A stretch of 64,000 nucleotides of DNA. Origin: Candidatus Chisholmbacteria bacterium (GTDB lineage Bacteria; Patescibacteriota; Microgenomatia; UBA1400; Chisholmbacteraceae). Positions 51,687-60,579 of this stretch are shown in pieces; the stretch's first letter is position 1, and the number at the start of each line of letters is the position of its first letter. A model generated the notes under the pieces. The model was not told where the DNA came from and searched no databases. It saw only the letters and a list, made by a program, of their open reading frames with translations. The position numbers and the translations under genes are program-made. Where the stretch lies: positions 139,011 through 203,010 of the forward strand of contig CAVPHZ010000002.1 of the NCBI GenBank assembly GCA_963704905.1, written 5' to 3'.

Positions 51687-52700
51687 ATGAGCAAAAAAAC
51701 AATTGCAACAGAAAAAAAGAAACGGGGACCGGCAATTCGTCCTAAAAAACTTTCTGAATTCTATGGTCAAGAAAAAGTTAAGAAAAAACTCAAGACATTT
51801 CTTCAAGCAGCACAAAAAAGAAATGAACCGCTGGAACACATCCTTTTCTATGGTCCTCCGGGGCTGGGAAAAACCACCATCGCACATGTCATCGCCAATG
51901 AAATCGGCAGCCAAATTCGTGTCACATCCGGTCCAGCTATTGAACGTGCTGGAGATCTAGCCTCAATTCTTACGAATCTAAAAGATCGCGACATTCTCTT
52001 TATCGATGAAATTCATCGCCTTAGTAAAGTTGTTGAAGAAACGCTCTATCCTGCCATGGAAGACTTTTTTCTTGATATTGTCATAGGAAAAGGACCTTCA
52101 GCCCGAACTCTTCGACTGGAAGTTCCGCAAATTACCGTCATTGGAGCCACCACTCGAATTGGATTACTTTCCTCACCGCTTCGCGATCGTTTTGGGGCCA
52201 TCCATCGGGTTGAGTTTTATACTGATGATGAACTCTGTCAAATCATTATGCGTGCTGCAGATATTTTAGGTATTAGCATAAATGAAAATATAGCTATGGA
52301 AATTGCTAAATCCTCAAGAGGTACTCCAAGAATTGCGAACCGCCTTCTTCGCCGGGTTCGCGATTATGCGCAAGTGCATGCGGATGGAGAATTCACCAGT
52401 ATCATCATCGAAGACGCACTCAAGATGCTTGAAGTTGACAAAGCTGGATTAGATAAATCGGATAGAAGAATACTTGAAGCTATCATCCATACCCATGGTG
52501 GAGGACCAGTGGGAATTGAAACGATTGCGGCAACAATTTCTGAAGACATTGATACACTTATCGATGTGCACGAGCCATTCTTACTTCAAATTGGCTTTCT
52601 GAAACGTACACCTCGCGGAAGAATAGCATCGCAACAAGCCTACAAACACCTAAAAATCCCATTTCCAAAAAAGACTAAAGATCAACAAGAACTTTTCTAG
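51687..52700 (+). CDS. ruvB: Holliday junction helicase
   Basis: [35 protein letters not shown]. Confidence 0.97.
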   Translation: MSKKTIATEKKKRGPAIRPKKLSEFYGQEKVKKKLKTFLQAAQKRNEPLEHILFYGPPGLGKTTIAHVIANEIGSQIRVTSGPAIERAGDLASILTNLKDRDILFIDEIHRLSKVVEETLYPAMEDFFLDIVIGKGPSARTLRLEVPQITVIGATTRIGLLSSPLRDRFGAIHRVEFYTDDELCQIIMRAADILGISINENIAMEIAKSSRGTPRIANRLLRRVRDYAQVHADGEFTSIIIEDALKMLEVDKAGLDKSDRRILEAIIHTHGGGPVGIETIAATISEDIDTLIDVHEPFLLQIGFLKRTPRGRIASQQAYKHLKIPFPKKTKDQQELF

Positions 52701-52703
52701 CAT

Positions 52704-53255
52704 ATGGATGGCATAATTGATCTAGTGAACAATCTTCTTGCACTCTTTACCATCATAGGAGGTGTGGTGGTCATCACAATGGGTACTCTCCTGATAGTAA
52801 GAAAGAAAAGCGACTCATACAAAAATCTGAAATCTGTGTTTAATCTACTTGAAGCAAATGCGTTGACTGCTTCATTTATAGTCGCTTCCCTTTCAACTCT
52901 AGGAAGTCTGTTTTACTCAGAAGTAGCAAATTACACACCATGTAAACTCTGCTGGATTCAGCGCATCTTCATGTATCCTCAAATGATTCTGCTTGGAATT
53001 GCCACGGTGAAAAATGATAAATCAATAGCAAGTTATCTACTACCGTTAAACATCATTGGCGGACTCTTTTCAGCCTATCACTATAATCTTCAGATTAATC
53101 CCAACGCAGTTGCTCCTTGTACTACGGTCGGATATTCACTGGGGTGCTCTGAGCGCTTCGTGCTCCAATACGGCTACATCACCATCCCCATGATGGCACT
53201 CACTGCGTTCACGATGATCACACTATTCTTGGTATTAGTTCGTAGATCGAAGTAA
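52704..53255 (+). CDS. Disulfide bond formation protein B (BdbC/DsbB-like)
   Basis: GSLFYSE, PCKLCWIQRIFMYP, second Cys pair, ITIP. Confidence 0.9.
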   Translation: MDGIIDLVNNLLALFTIIGGVVVITMGTLLIVRKKSDSYKNLKSVFNLLEANALTASFIVASLSTLGSLFYSEVANYTPCKLCWIQRIFMYPQMILLGIATVKNDKSIASYLLPLNIIGGLFSAYHYNLQINPNAVAPCTTVGYSLGCSERFVLQYGYITIPMMALTAFTMITLFLVLVRRSK

Positions 53256-53262
53256 TTCATGA

Positions 53263-53297
53263 TTGACGATATCACTTAAGTTCGGGTATATTTGGGG
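53263..53297 (+). promoter_or_regulatory. SRAP promoter with TTCGGG operator-like motif
   Basis: TTGACG-18 bp-TATATT; TTCGGG abuts the -10 box. Confidence 0.6.
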
Positions 53298-53299
53298 AT

Positions 53300-54004
53300 A
53301 TGTGTGGACGATTTCTCTTGATCAGTAATGAGAAAAAACTTCGCAAGCGCTTTCATGCACGCTCTGAAGAAAAGTTAGACCTAAAACCAAACTACAACAC
53401 CGCTCCCACCCAACAAACTCCAATTGTTTTTAAAAGAAGTCCAAATCACCTTGAATTTGCACAATTTGGTCTTATTCCTTTTTGGAGCAAAAAACCAAAA
53501 ACCAGCTACAGCACGATCAATGCCAAAAGCGAAACCGCAATCACCTCTCGTCTGTACAGCAAACCTTTACGTTTCCAGCGTTGTCTCGTCCCATCCAACG
53601 GATTTGTTGAGTGGAAGCGCTGCGGAAAAGACAAGCAACCATATCTCTTCGAGCACCAAGACGGCGAGCCATTTGCTATGGCTGGGATTTGGTCGCAGTG
53701 GCAAGGGGTAGATCAAACCATTCTTTCCTTCTCTATCATGACCCAAGCTGCATCAAAGATCATGGAACCCATTCACGACCGCCAACCTGTGGTTCTACGA
53801 AAAAAAGACGAAGATCGATGGCTATCAAAAAATAGTACAGAATTTGATGACATTCGAGACCTTCTGAAAGTAAGAGACTACACTGATGAATTTGAGCGCT
53901 ACCCAATTTCAAAACAGATAAATAACGTTCGAAATAATAGCATTCGAAATTTGGATCGTGTCAAACCTCTTTTCGATCCGCTATCCGAACAATTCCCATA
54001 TTGA
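53300..54004 (+). CDS. SOS response-associated peptidase (SRAP/YedK/HMCES family)
   Basis: N-terminal MCGRF, YNTAPTQ, INAKSET, RCLVP..GFVEW, IHDRQP. Confidence 0.95.
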   Translation: MCGRFLLISNEKKLRKRFHARSEEKLDLKPNYNTAPTQQTPIVFKRSPNHLEFAQFGLIPFWSKKPKTSYSTINAKSETAITSRLYSKPLRFQRCLVPSNGFVEWKRCGKDKQPYLFEHQDGEPFAMAGIWSQWQGVDQTILSFSIMTQAASKIMEPIHDRQPVVLRKKDEDRWLSKNSTEFDDIRDLLKVRDYTDEFERYPISKQINNVRNNSIRNLDRVKPLFDPLSEQFPY

Positions 54005-54036
54005 CATTCGGGAATAAATTCGGGTATGGTTTGGGT
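53985..54036 (+). promoter_or_regulatory. Promoter with repeated TTCGG operator-like motifs
   Basis: TTGACA(54001)-18 bp-TATGGT; TTCGGG at 54007 and 54019; inverted CCGAA at 53985. Confidence 0.65.
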
Positions 54037-54285
54037 ATGTACCAAACAATACACGAAAATATTATTGTTTCCGGTAGCTTCAAAAACGCTTCATTTAAAC
54101 CAGAAAAATTCGAGTGGAACCGCAAAGACTTTCAAATCGATGAAATCACCAGCCTTCACAACCTTCGCGATGGGGGAGTAAAAAAGCGCCGCTACGCCGT
54201 AGTTTCCAGCGGAAATCTCTACCTTCTCGAATACAACCTCGATAAGGAAACTTGGATATTAGAGCAAATTTGGATTGAAGGATAA
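54037..54285 (+). CDS. Small conserved-looking protein (DUF6504-like) preceding the Y-family polymerase
   Basis: P..FEW....FQI...Y.V......Y.LEY......W.L; ATG 6 nt after the -10 box. Confidence 0.65.
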   Translation: MYQTIHENIIVSGSFKNASFKPEKFEWNRKDFQIDEITSLHNLRDGGVKKRRYAVVSSGNLYLLEYNLDKETWILEQIWIEG

Positions 54286-54286
54286 T

Positions 54287-55522
54287 ATGAAAAAAACCAT
54301 CTTTCATATCGACCTCAACTCCTATTTCGCCACTGTTGAACAGCAACAAAATCCACATCTTCGCGGAAAACCGGTCGGCATCATCAAAGACATTGGTCGC
54401 ATGTGCATCGTCGCTGCCAGTAAAGAAGCCAAGCAAGTTGGCATCAAGACCGGTAGCAACGTTCCAGAAGCCAGGGCCAAAGCACCCAATCTCGTTCTTG
54501 TCAAAGCCGATTTTGACAAATATTTTTATTATACCCAACGGTTTTATTTGCTCATCAAGTCATTTAGTCCTGATGTCAGTTTATTTTCCCTGGACGAAGC
54601 CTTCATTGACGCCACCAACTGTCTCAAGCTGTACACCACCGATGATTTGGCAATAAAAATTCAGGAGCGAATCTATAAAGATATGGGCGATTGGGTGACC
54701 GCCTCAATTGGCATTGCCAAGAATCGCATGCTTGCCAAGCTTGCTGGAGAATTCGCACCCAAAGGCGGCTATGTTCAAATAGACAAGGAAAATCTCGACC
54801 TGGCTCTTTCACTCATAAAAATCACGGATATTTGCGGTATTGGATCAAGGTTAGCCGGGAAGTTAAATGAGCTTGGAATCACCAATCCGCTGCAAATCCG
54901 CGACCTCGATGATAGATATCTAAAACAGCAGTTTGGACGATTTTGGGGACCGGAACTGAAGCGTATTTCCTACGGAGAAACCTCCCACGTTTTAAGCTTG
55001 CTGGACAGAAACCCGCACATGAAGGGAGTAGGCCGGACCATCACCGGTTACCGGCTATGCAACAGCGAGTTGGTCATCCGCCAAACCATCAGAAATCTTA
55101 TTGAAGAGGTAACCGCAAAAATGCGGGAAATGGATCTTGTTGGTCGCCACCTTTCCATTTTTCTTGAAGGTGAGGAACAAGTTTGGTACCGTCACCGCAC
55201 GCTCAAATATTACGTCAGACACCCAGATGAAGTGTTCGACATTCTCTACAACGGCTTTTATAAAATCTGGGGGCGCTCGTTTGAAGTCATTCGCTACGGA
55301 GTTCGTATCGATCAACTTCTACCAGCCAAGCAACTGACGTCATGCTGGCTTCCAGAGTGGAGAAGAAGGGAAAAAATCTGGAAAGCAGTTGATAGGGTGA
55401 ATCAAAAATACGGTCTGTTTACCGTTCGTTCAGCAGCACTCCTCAAATCGAAAATCATTCGACCCGAAGTCACTGGTTACTTGGGAGACAAAATATACCA
55501 ATTTCAAACCGGAAATAAATAA
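54287..55522 (+). CDS. dinB: Y-family DNA polymerase (DinB/Pol IV-like)
   Basis: HIDLNSYFATVE, AASKEAK..GI, FSLDEAFID, SIGIAKN..LAKLA, ICGIG. Confidence 0.92.
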   Translation: MKKTIFHIDLNSYFATVEQQQNPHLRGKPVGIIKDIGRMCIVAASKEAKQVGIKTGSNVPEARAKAPNLVLVKADFDKYFYYTQRFYLLIKSFSPDVSLFSLDEAFIDATNCLKLYTTDDLAIKIQERIYKDMGDWVTASIGIAKNRMLAKLAGEFAPKGGYVQIDKENLDLALSLIKITDICGIGSRLAGKLNELGITNPLQIRDLDDRYLKQQFGRFWGPELKRISYGETSHVLSLLDRNPHMKGVGRTITGYRLCNSELVIRQTIRNLIEEVTAKMREMDLVGRHLSIFLEGEEQVWYRHRTLKYYVRHPDEVFDILYNGFYKIWGRSFEVIRYGVRIDQLLPAKQLTSCWLPEWRRREKIWKAVDRVNQKYGLFTVRSAALLKSKIIRPEVTGYLGDKIYQFQTGNK

Positions 55523-55750
55523 CCACATCGTAATACTCTCATACAATCAACTGCTAAACTTCACGATCGCGAAGTCATAATCATGATGGATAAGGAAAAT
55601 TAGAGCTATCAATGATCTTTGATGGGAAACGCTTGGAATCCATAAAAATGATCGAACAAATAAATCATTTTAATAGGAAATCAAATTTATTAGCTATGCT
55701 ATACTCGAGCTAATTCTCTCTCCTTTAAAAAAAGACAGGGGGTGAGGAAT

Positions 55751-56002
55751 ATGGCAAAAAGAAAAGTCGGAACCATCAATCATTACTTTAACAATATCGG
55801 TGTCGCAATTGTCGATCTCACAAGCAGCATTTCAACAGGAGATACGTTGGAAATCAAGACATCTCAAGTTGAATTTCAGCAAGTTGTCGATTCAATGGAA
55901 ATCGATTACCTCAAAGTTGAAAAAGCGAAAAAAGGGGATTCAGTCGGCGTGAAGGTTGATCAAAAAGTGAAAAAAAGTGATCCTGTCTACAAAGTAACCT
56001 AG
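55751..56002 (+). CDS. Small beta-barrel protein (translation-factor-like / U32 C-terminal-like)
   Basis: VGTINHYF.NIGVA, FQQ.V.SMEID, AKKGD.VG.KV. Confidence 0.75.
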   Translation: MAKRKVGTINHYFNNIGVAIVDLTSSISTGDTLEIKTSQVEFQQVVDSMEIDYLKVEKAKKGDSVGVKVDQKVKKSDPVYKVT

Positions 56003-56034
56003 ATTTAAAGAAAAAATATATTCAACAGTGTCAT

Positions 56035-56418
56035 ATGGATTTTCTTAGTGCTCCAGATATTCAAAAGCGAATCAATACTCTTCTGCGAAGAATAGATCTC
56101 CCTCACATCGATAATAAACGCGTTATCAGTATGCGGAGTAAGGGCTCGACCTCACGCGCCCGAGCCAGAATCTGGAGTTTTCCCAGGATATGGCAGTTAG
56201 CTTTGAAACAAAAACCTCATTATGTTATAGAGGTTCTTTCAGAGAAATTTGACAACTTAAGTCACGATGATCAAACACGAGTCTTAATTCACGAACTCAT
56301 GCACATTCCCAAAACCTTTTCCGGTGCACTTCTTCCTCACAAGGGAAGAGGAAAGAGGAGAATCGACCATCGTTCGGTAGAGGTGTTGTTTAAACAATAC
56401 AAAGAAAAACTGAAATGA
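56035..56418 (+). CDS. Putative HEXXH metallopeptidase
   Basis: ARARIW, YVIEVLSEKF, IHELMHIP. Confidence 0.82.
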   Translation: MDFLSAPDIQKRINTLLRRIDLPHIDNKRVISMRSKGSTSRARARIWSFPRIWQLALKQKPHYVIEVLSEKFDNLSHDDQTRVLIHELMHIPKTFSGALLPHKGRGKRRIDHRSVEVLFKQYKEKLK

Positions 56419-57110
56419 CTATAGTGCTCCACGGCGACAACAATGTCGCAAGCAGAATTGCGTTAAATGAACACATAGCACAGATAAAAAAGACAGGTGA
56501 TGAAGAAATAATCCGTCTTGATGGAGAAAAACTTGATCTTACAGAGCTTAAACAAGCACTCGAGTCACAAAGTCTATTTGGTTCAGAGAGGCTCGTAGTA
56601 ATAGAAAATCTTCTCAGCCGTCAACGTTCTAAAACCAAAGATGCGCTATTGGACTATGTCGGATCCCAAGAATATATAACGCAGTTAATCCTCTGGGAAA
56701 AAAAGCAAGCCACCGCAGCCCAGTTGAAAAAAATAAAAAATATCAAGCAAACACTGTTTAAAATATCTCCAAAAATATTTAAGTTTCTCGATTCGATTGC
56801 ACCCAACAACACAAAACAGATGCTGCTAATTCTCAAAGAAACCAAACAAATTGACGCTGCAGAGCTCATTTTCTATATGTTTCACCGTAGAGTAAGTGAC
56901 TTGATCGTAGCCAATAACCTTGGTAATCAGGGTCTCAATGGTATGCAACCTTGGCAAAAGCAACGTCTCGTAAGCCAAGCAAAGCGATTTGACTTGCAGC
57001 AATTACTGAACCTGCACAAAAAGCTGTACAAAATTGAACTTGATACCAAAACCGGTCGTAGTCCGCTTGAATTATCATCTATGCTTGACCTCATAGTTGC
57101 TGAAATCTAA
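56415..57110 (+). CDS. holA: DNA polymerase III delta subunit-like
   Basis: SLFG..RLVVIEN, PWQ..RL..QAK.F, IELDTKTG. Confidence 0.8.
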   Translation: MTIVLHGDNNVASRIALNEHIAQIKKTGDEEIIRLDGEKLDLTELKQALESQSLFGSERLVVIENLLSRQRSKTKDALLDYVGSQEYITQLILWEKKQATAAQLKKIKNIKQTLFKISPKIFKFLDSIAPNNTKQMLLILKETKQIDAAELIFYMFHRRVSDLIVANNLGNQGLNGMQPWQKQRLVSQAKRFDLQQLLNLHKKLYKIELDTKTGRSPLELSSMLDLIVAEI

Positions 57111-57237
57111 AATGAAACCCTATTCCCATGAGGATCAATATCTTCTTTTACACACAAGTCCATTTCACAACCTTCTCAAATCCGTTAAATTTCCGAATGT
57201 TCAAACCAAATAGTATAGTATTTTAATAAGGAGCAAG

Positions 57238-58656
57238 ATGAACATCGTAAAAAATATCAGTAAATCAATTTTTCGCGGATACGACATTAGAGGGTTTGTA
57301 GATAAAGATTTAAACATTGATGTGTACTACACTCTAGGGAGAGCCTATGCTACATTTCTCCATCAAAGACGAATAAAAGAATCAACCATCGGTCGTGATA
57401 ATCGCCTCACCAGCCAACAATACTCCAAAGCATTCATCAAAGGTTTAAACAATGGTGGTATTCATACCATTGACATGGGATTGAGCCTCAGTCAAATTGT
57501 CTACTTTTCCTCGTATGAATTTAAAACCAAAGGTGGCGCAATGATCACCGCATCTCATAATCCCAAAGAATACAATGGTCTAAAACTCAGTGTTGGGTAT
57601 TCAGATACGATGATCACCGAGGAAATTCAACAAATGAGAAAGCTAGTTCAAAAAGGTAAATTCTCCACCGGTAATGGAATATATCGGCAGGTTGATGTAT
57701 TTCCTGCATACAAAAAAGATATTCTTAAACATTTCGATTTACATAGGAAATGGAAAGTTGTTGTTGAGGCCTGCAATACAACATCGGGTATGTTTTATCC
57801 GACAATATTTAGAGATGCTGGCTGTGAGGTTGTTGAACAAAACTGCAATCTCGATGGTAATTTCCCACTTGGTGCCCCAGACCCAACTGAAAGTGAAGTA
57901 CTTGAAAGACTCGCCAGAAGGGTAAAAAAGGAACAAGCCGATATTGGTTTTGCCTATGATACAGATGGTGATCGCATGGCTGTCGTAGATGAAAATGGGA
58001 GTGTTCTATGGATGGATACGATAGTTGCACTTTTTGCTCAGGATGTACTCGACTTTATCCCTGGTGCACCAATTGTCTACAACACCCTTTGTAGCAGACA
58101 AGTAACCGAAGCTATTGAAAAGGCTGGTGGAAAGCCAGTCATGTGGCTTACCGGCCATTCCTTCATCAAAGCCAAGGTAAAAGAAGTACGGTCACCGTTT
58201 GGTGGAGAGCTTTCAGGTCACATCTTCTTTATGGACAATTTCTACGGCCATGATGATGGGGCATATGCCAGCTTAAGACTTCTTCAGTATTTGGAAAGGA
58301 AAGGACAAGTACTCTCAGAAGCTGTGGCAAAACTCAGTCACTATGTCAGCAGTCCTGAGATTAAATTAGGTCTGGCTGATAATATTAAATTCAAATTCAT
58401 CAATACGGTTATCAGAGCAGATTTTAAAAAATTCTGGCCAAATGCCAAGTATATTGATATCGATGGTATCCGCATGGATAGCGATAACACCATGGCAATC
58501 ATTAGAGCTAGTCAAAATGGTCCATATGTAACGGTGAAGTTTGAAGGTAAAACAGAAGATTTGTATAAAAAAGTTAAAAGTGTGCTTCAAAGAATACTGA
58601 AAAGTCACAAAGAAATCGACTGGAGCTACGGTGTAAACACCGATGCACTAAACTAA
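57238..58656 (+). CDS. Phosphomannomutase/phosphoglucomutase
   Basis: IFRGYDIRG, ITASHNP, DTDGDR, GELSGH. Confidence 0.94.
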   Translation: MNIVKNISKSIFRGYDIRGFVDKDLNIDVYYTLGRAYATFLHQRRIKESTIGRDNRLTSQQYSKAFIKGLNNGGIHTIDMGLSLSQIVYFSSYEFKTKGGAMITASHNPKEYNGLKLSVGYSDTMITEEIQQMRKLVQKGKFSTGNGIYRQVDVFPAYKKDILKHFDLHRKWKVVVEACNTTSGMFYPTIFRDAGCEVVEQNCNLDGNFPLGAPDPTESEVLERLARRVKKEQADIGFAYDTDGDRMAVVDENGSVLWMDTIVALFAQDVLDFIPGAPIVYNTLCSRQVTEAIEKAGGKPVMWLTGHSFIKAKVKEVRSPFGGELSGHIFFMDNFYGHDDGAYASLRLLQYLERKGQVLSEAVAKLSHYVSSPEIKLGLADNIKFKFINTVIRADFKKFWPNAKYIDIDGIRMDSDNTMAIIRASQNGPYVTVKFEGKTEDLYKKVKSVLQRILKSHKEIDWSYGVNTDALN

Positions 58657-58657
58657 T

Positions 58658-59449
58658 ATGGATCTTCACTTCACTTTAAAATTCGCTGAACAACTAGCTG
58701 TTAAAACTGGTGAGCAAATCTTAGAAAAGCAGAAACACATTAAAATAATTGCATTTAAAGACAGGCAGGATATTGTCACCAACGCCGATCTTGATGCTGA
58801 ACAGTCGATCATCAGAAAAATCAAAGGGTTATTTCCATCACATAGAATTTACTCCGAAGAAGAGGGAAGTGTTGAAGGTAGCTCTGAATACGAATGGATT
58901 ATTGATCCCATTGACGGAACTAAAGAATTTGTCAGAGGGCTTCCCAGTTTCAGCACCTGCTTTGCTTTAGAAAAAAACGGTCAAGCAATTCTTTCAGTGC
59001 TCTACGAACCTGTGGCTAGAAAGCTCTATAGCGCCGCAAAAAATATCGGTGCGTATGAAGATGGGAAAAAGGTAAATGTGAATGCACAGTCAAGTCTCGA
59101 AAATTCATTTGTCTACGCGTATCTTCCTCATCATCAGTATGACGCTCAGGTAGCTGAAAAATTGTGGAATGCCATAGAAAAGCTTTCTCGTAAAACGTAC
59201 AGAATTAGAGGAATTGCGGCTGAAGCCCTAGCCATGTGCTGGGTTGCCAGTGGAAAAATCGAAGCTTTTATCAGTCAAAATACGTTTGCAGGCTGGTATG
59301 ACATCATTCCTGGGCTCTTCATTGCTAAAGAAGCCGGTGCAACAGTCACTGGCATCGATGGAAATAAGTTCACAAAAGATAGATTATCGAATGGTTTCAT
59401 CATCTCAAACGGAAAAATCCACTCCCAGTTGATAAAAATTATGAAATAA
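58658..59449 (+). CDS. Inositol monophosphatase family protein
   Basis: DIVTNAD, SEE, WIIDPIDGTKEF, WYD...G..IAKEAG. Confidence 0.9.
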   Translation: MDLHFTLKFAEQLAVKTGEQILEKQKHIKIIAFKDRQDIVTNADLDAEQSIIRKIKGLFPSHRIYSEEEGSVEGSSEYEWIIDPIDGTKEFVRGLPSFSTCFALEKNGQAILSVLYEPVARKLYSAAKNIGAYEDGKKVNVNAQSSLENSFVYAYLPHHQYDAQVAEKLWNAIEKLSRKTYRIRGIAAEALAMCWVASGKIEAFISQNTFAGWYDIIPGLFIAKEAGATVTGIDGNKFTKDRLSNGFIISNGKIHSQLIKIMK

Positions 59450-59458
59450 GGAGAACTC

Positions 59459-60538
59459 ATGACTATTTTAGATGATCTTAAAGCCATAAAAAAACTGGAT
59501 CCTTCCAACGTGCTCGAATCGACAGCCATGTTTCCGGATCAATGCAATCAAGCATGGCAGGAAAGTTCTAAAATACATTTTCCTGAGCGTTTTAAAAAAG
59601 CCAGAAACATAGTTGTCTGTGGTATGGGAGGATCTCGATTTACCCCGAAAACCATTAAGTACTTATTTATTGATCGCATCACAGTGCCATACGAAATCAT
59701 TGAAGGATATTCTCTGCCTCGGTACGTAGGAAAGAATACACTCGTGATACTCTCATCCTATTCAGGAACAACTGAGGAGGTTGTTGCATGTGGTATGGAT
59801 GCAGTAAAGCGAGGTGCTATGATGACTGCTGTTACAAAAGGTGGAACGCTTGAAAAGCTGATGAATGAATCGGACCTTCCGTTTTACAAACTTGACCCGA
59901 AACATAATCCCAGCGGACAGCCTAGAATTGCTGGCGGGTATCTTCTCATGGGACATGCAGGTGTACTATCATCGCTAGGGTATCTAAATATCAATGAAGA
60001 AGAAATAAATAAAGCAATAGCTTTCGCAAGAGAAGTTGGGAAAAGATATCTTGCCGATGTTAAAACCGAGAACAACCAAGCCAAAAAATTAGGATCATTT
60101 TTAATAGATAAACATCCAATCATCATCACTTCAGAATTTTTACGTGGTTTTGGGAATGGATTTGCCAATCAGATCAATGAGACTGCCAAGTTAATTTCTG
60201 ATTATCGGTATATTCCTGAACTAAATCACCATTTGATGGAGGGATTAAAACGTCCCGATACATTACATAAGACAGGAGTGTTTGTTTTTATAAACTCAAA
60301 ACTATATAGCGATCGCGTTCAAAAAAGATACAAAATCACAAAAGAAGTAGTCGAAAAGCAAGAAGTGAACACCCACAGTATTAATTTGCAAGGAACCAGT
60401 AAACTTGCTCAGATCTTGGAAGCATTTACATTATCCGGGTTTACTACGTTTTACATGGCTATGCTCTATAAAACAGATCCTGTAGCAATTCCATGGGTTG
60501 ATTATTTTAAAAAGAAACTCGGTCAACCTCTTCAATAA
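59459..60538 (+). CDS. Bifunctional phosphoglucose/phosphomannose isomerase (SIS)
   Basis: CGMGGS, SSYSGTTEE, QPR, QINETAK, PELNHH..EG. Confidence 0.92.
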   Translation: MTILDDLKAIKKLDPSNVLESTAMFPDQCNQAWQESSKIHFPERFKKARNIVVCGMGGSRFTPKTIKYLFIDRITVPYEIIEGYSLPRYVGKNTLVILSSYSGTTEEVVACGMDAVKRGAMMTAVTKGGTLEKLMNESDLPFYKLDPKHNPSGQPRIAGGYLLMGHAGVLSSLGYLNINEEEINKAIAFAREVGKRYLADVKTENNQAKKLGSFLIDKHPIIITSEFLRGFGNGFANQINETAKLISDYRYIPELNHHLMEGLKRPDTLHKTGVFVFINSKLYSDRVQKRYKITKEVVEKQEVNTHSINLQGTSKLAQILEAFTLSGFTTFYMAMLYKTDPVAIPWVDYFKKKLGQPLQ

Positions 60539-60579
60539 GTTTTCTTGCAAATTTGTCTGGCTCTCCATACAATGATGCT

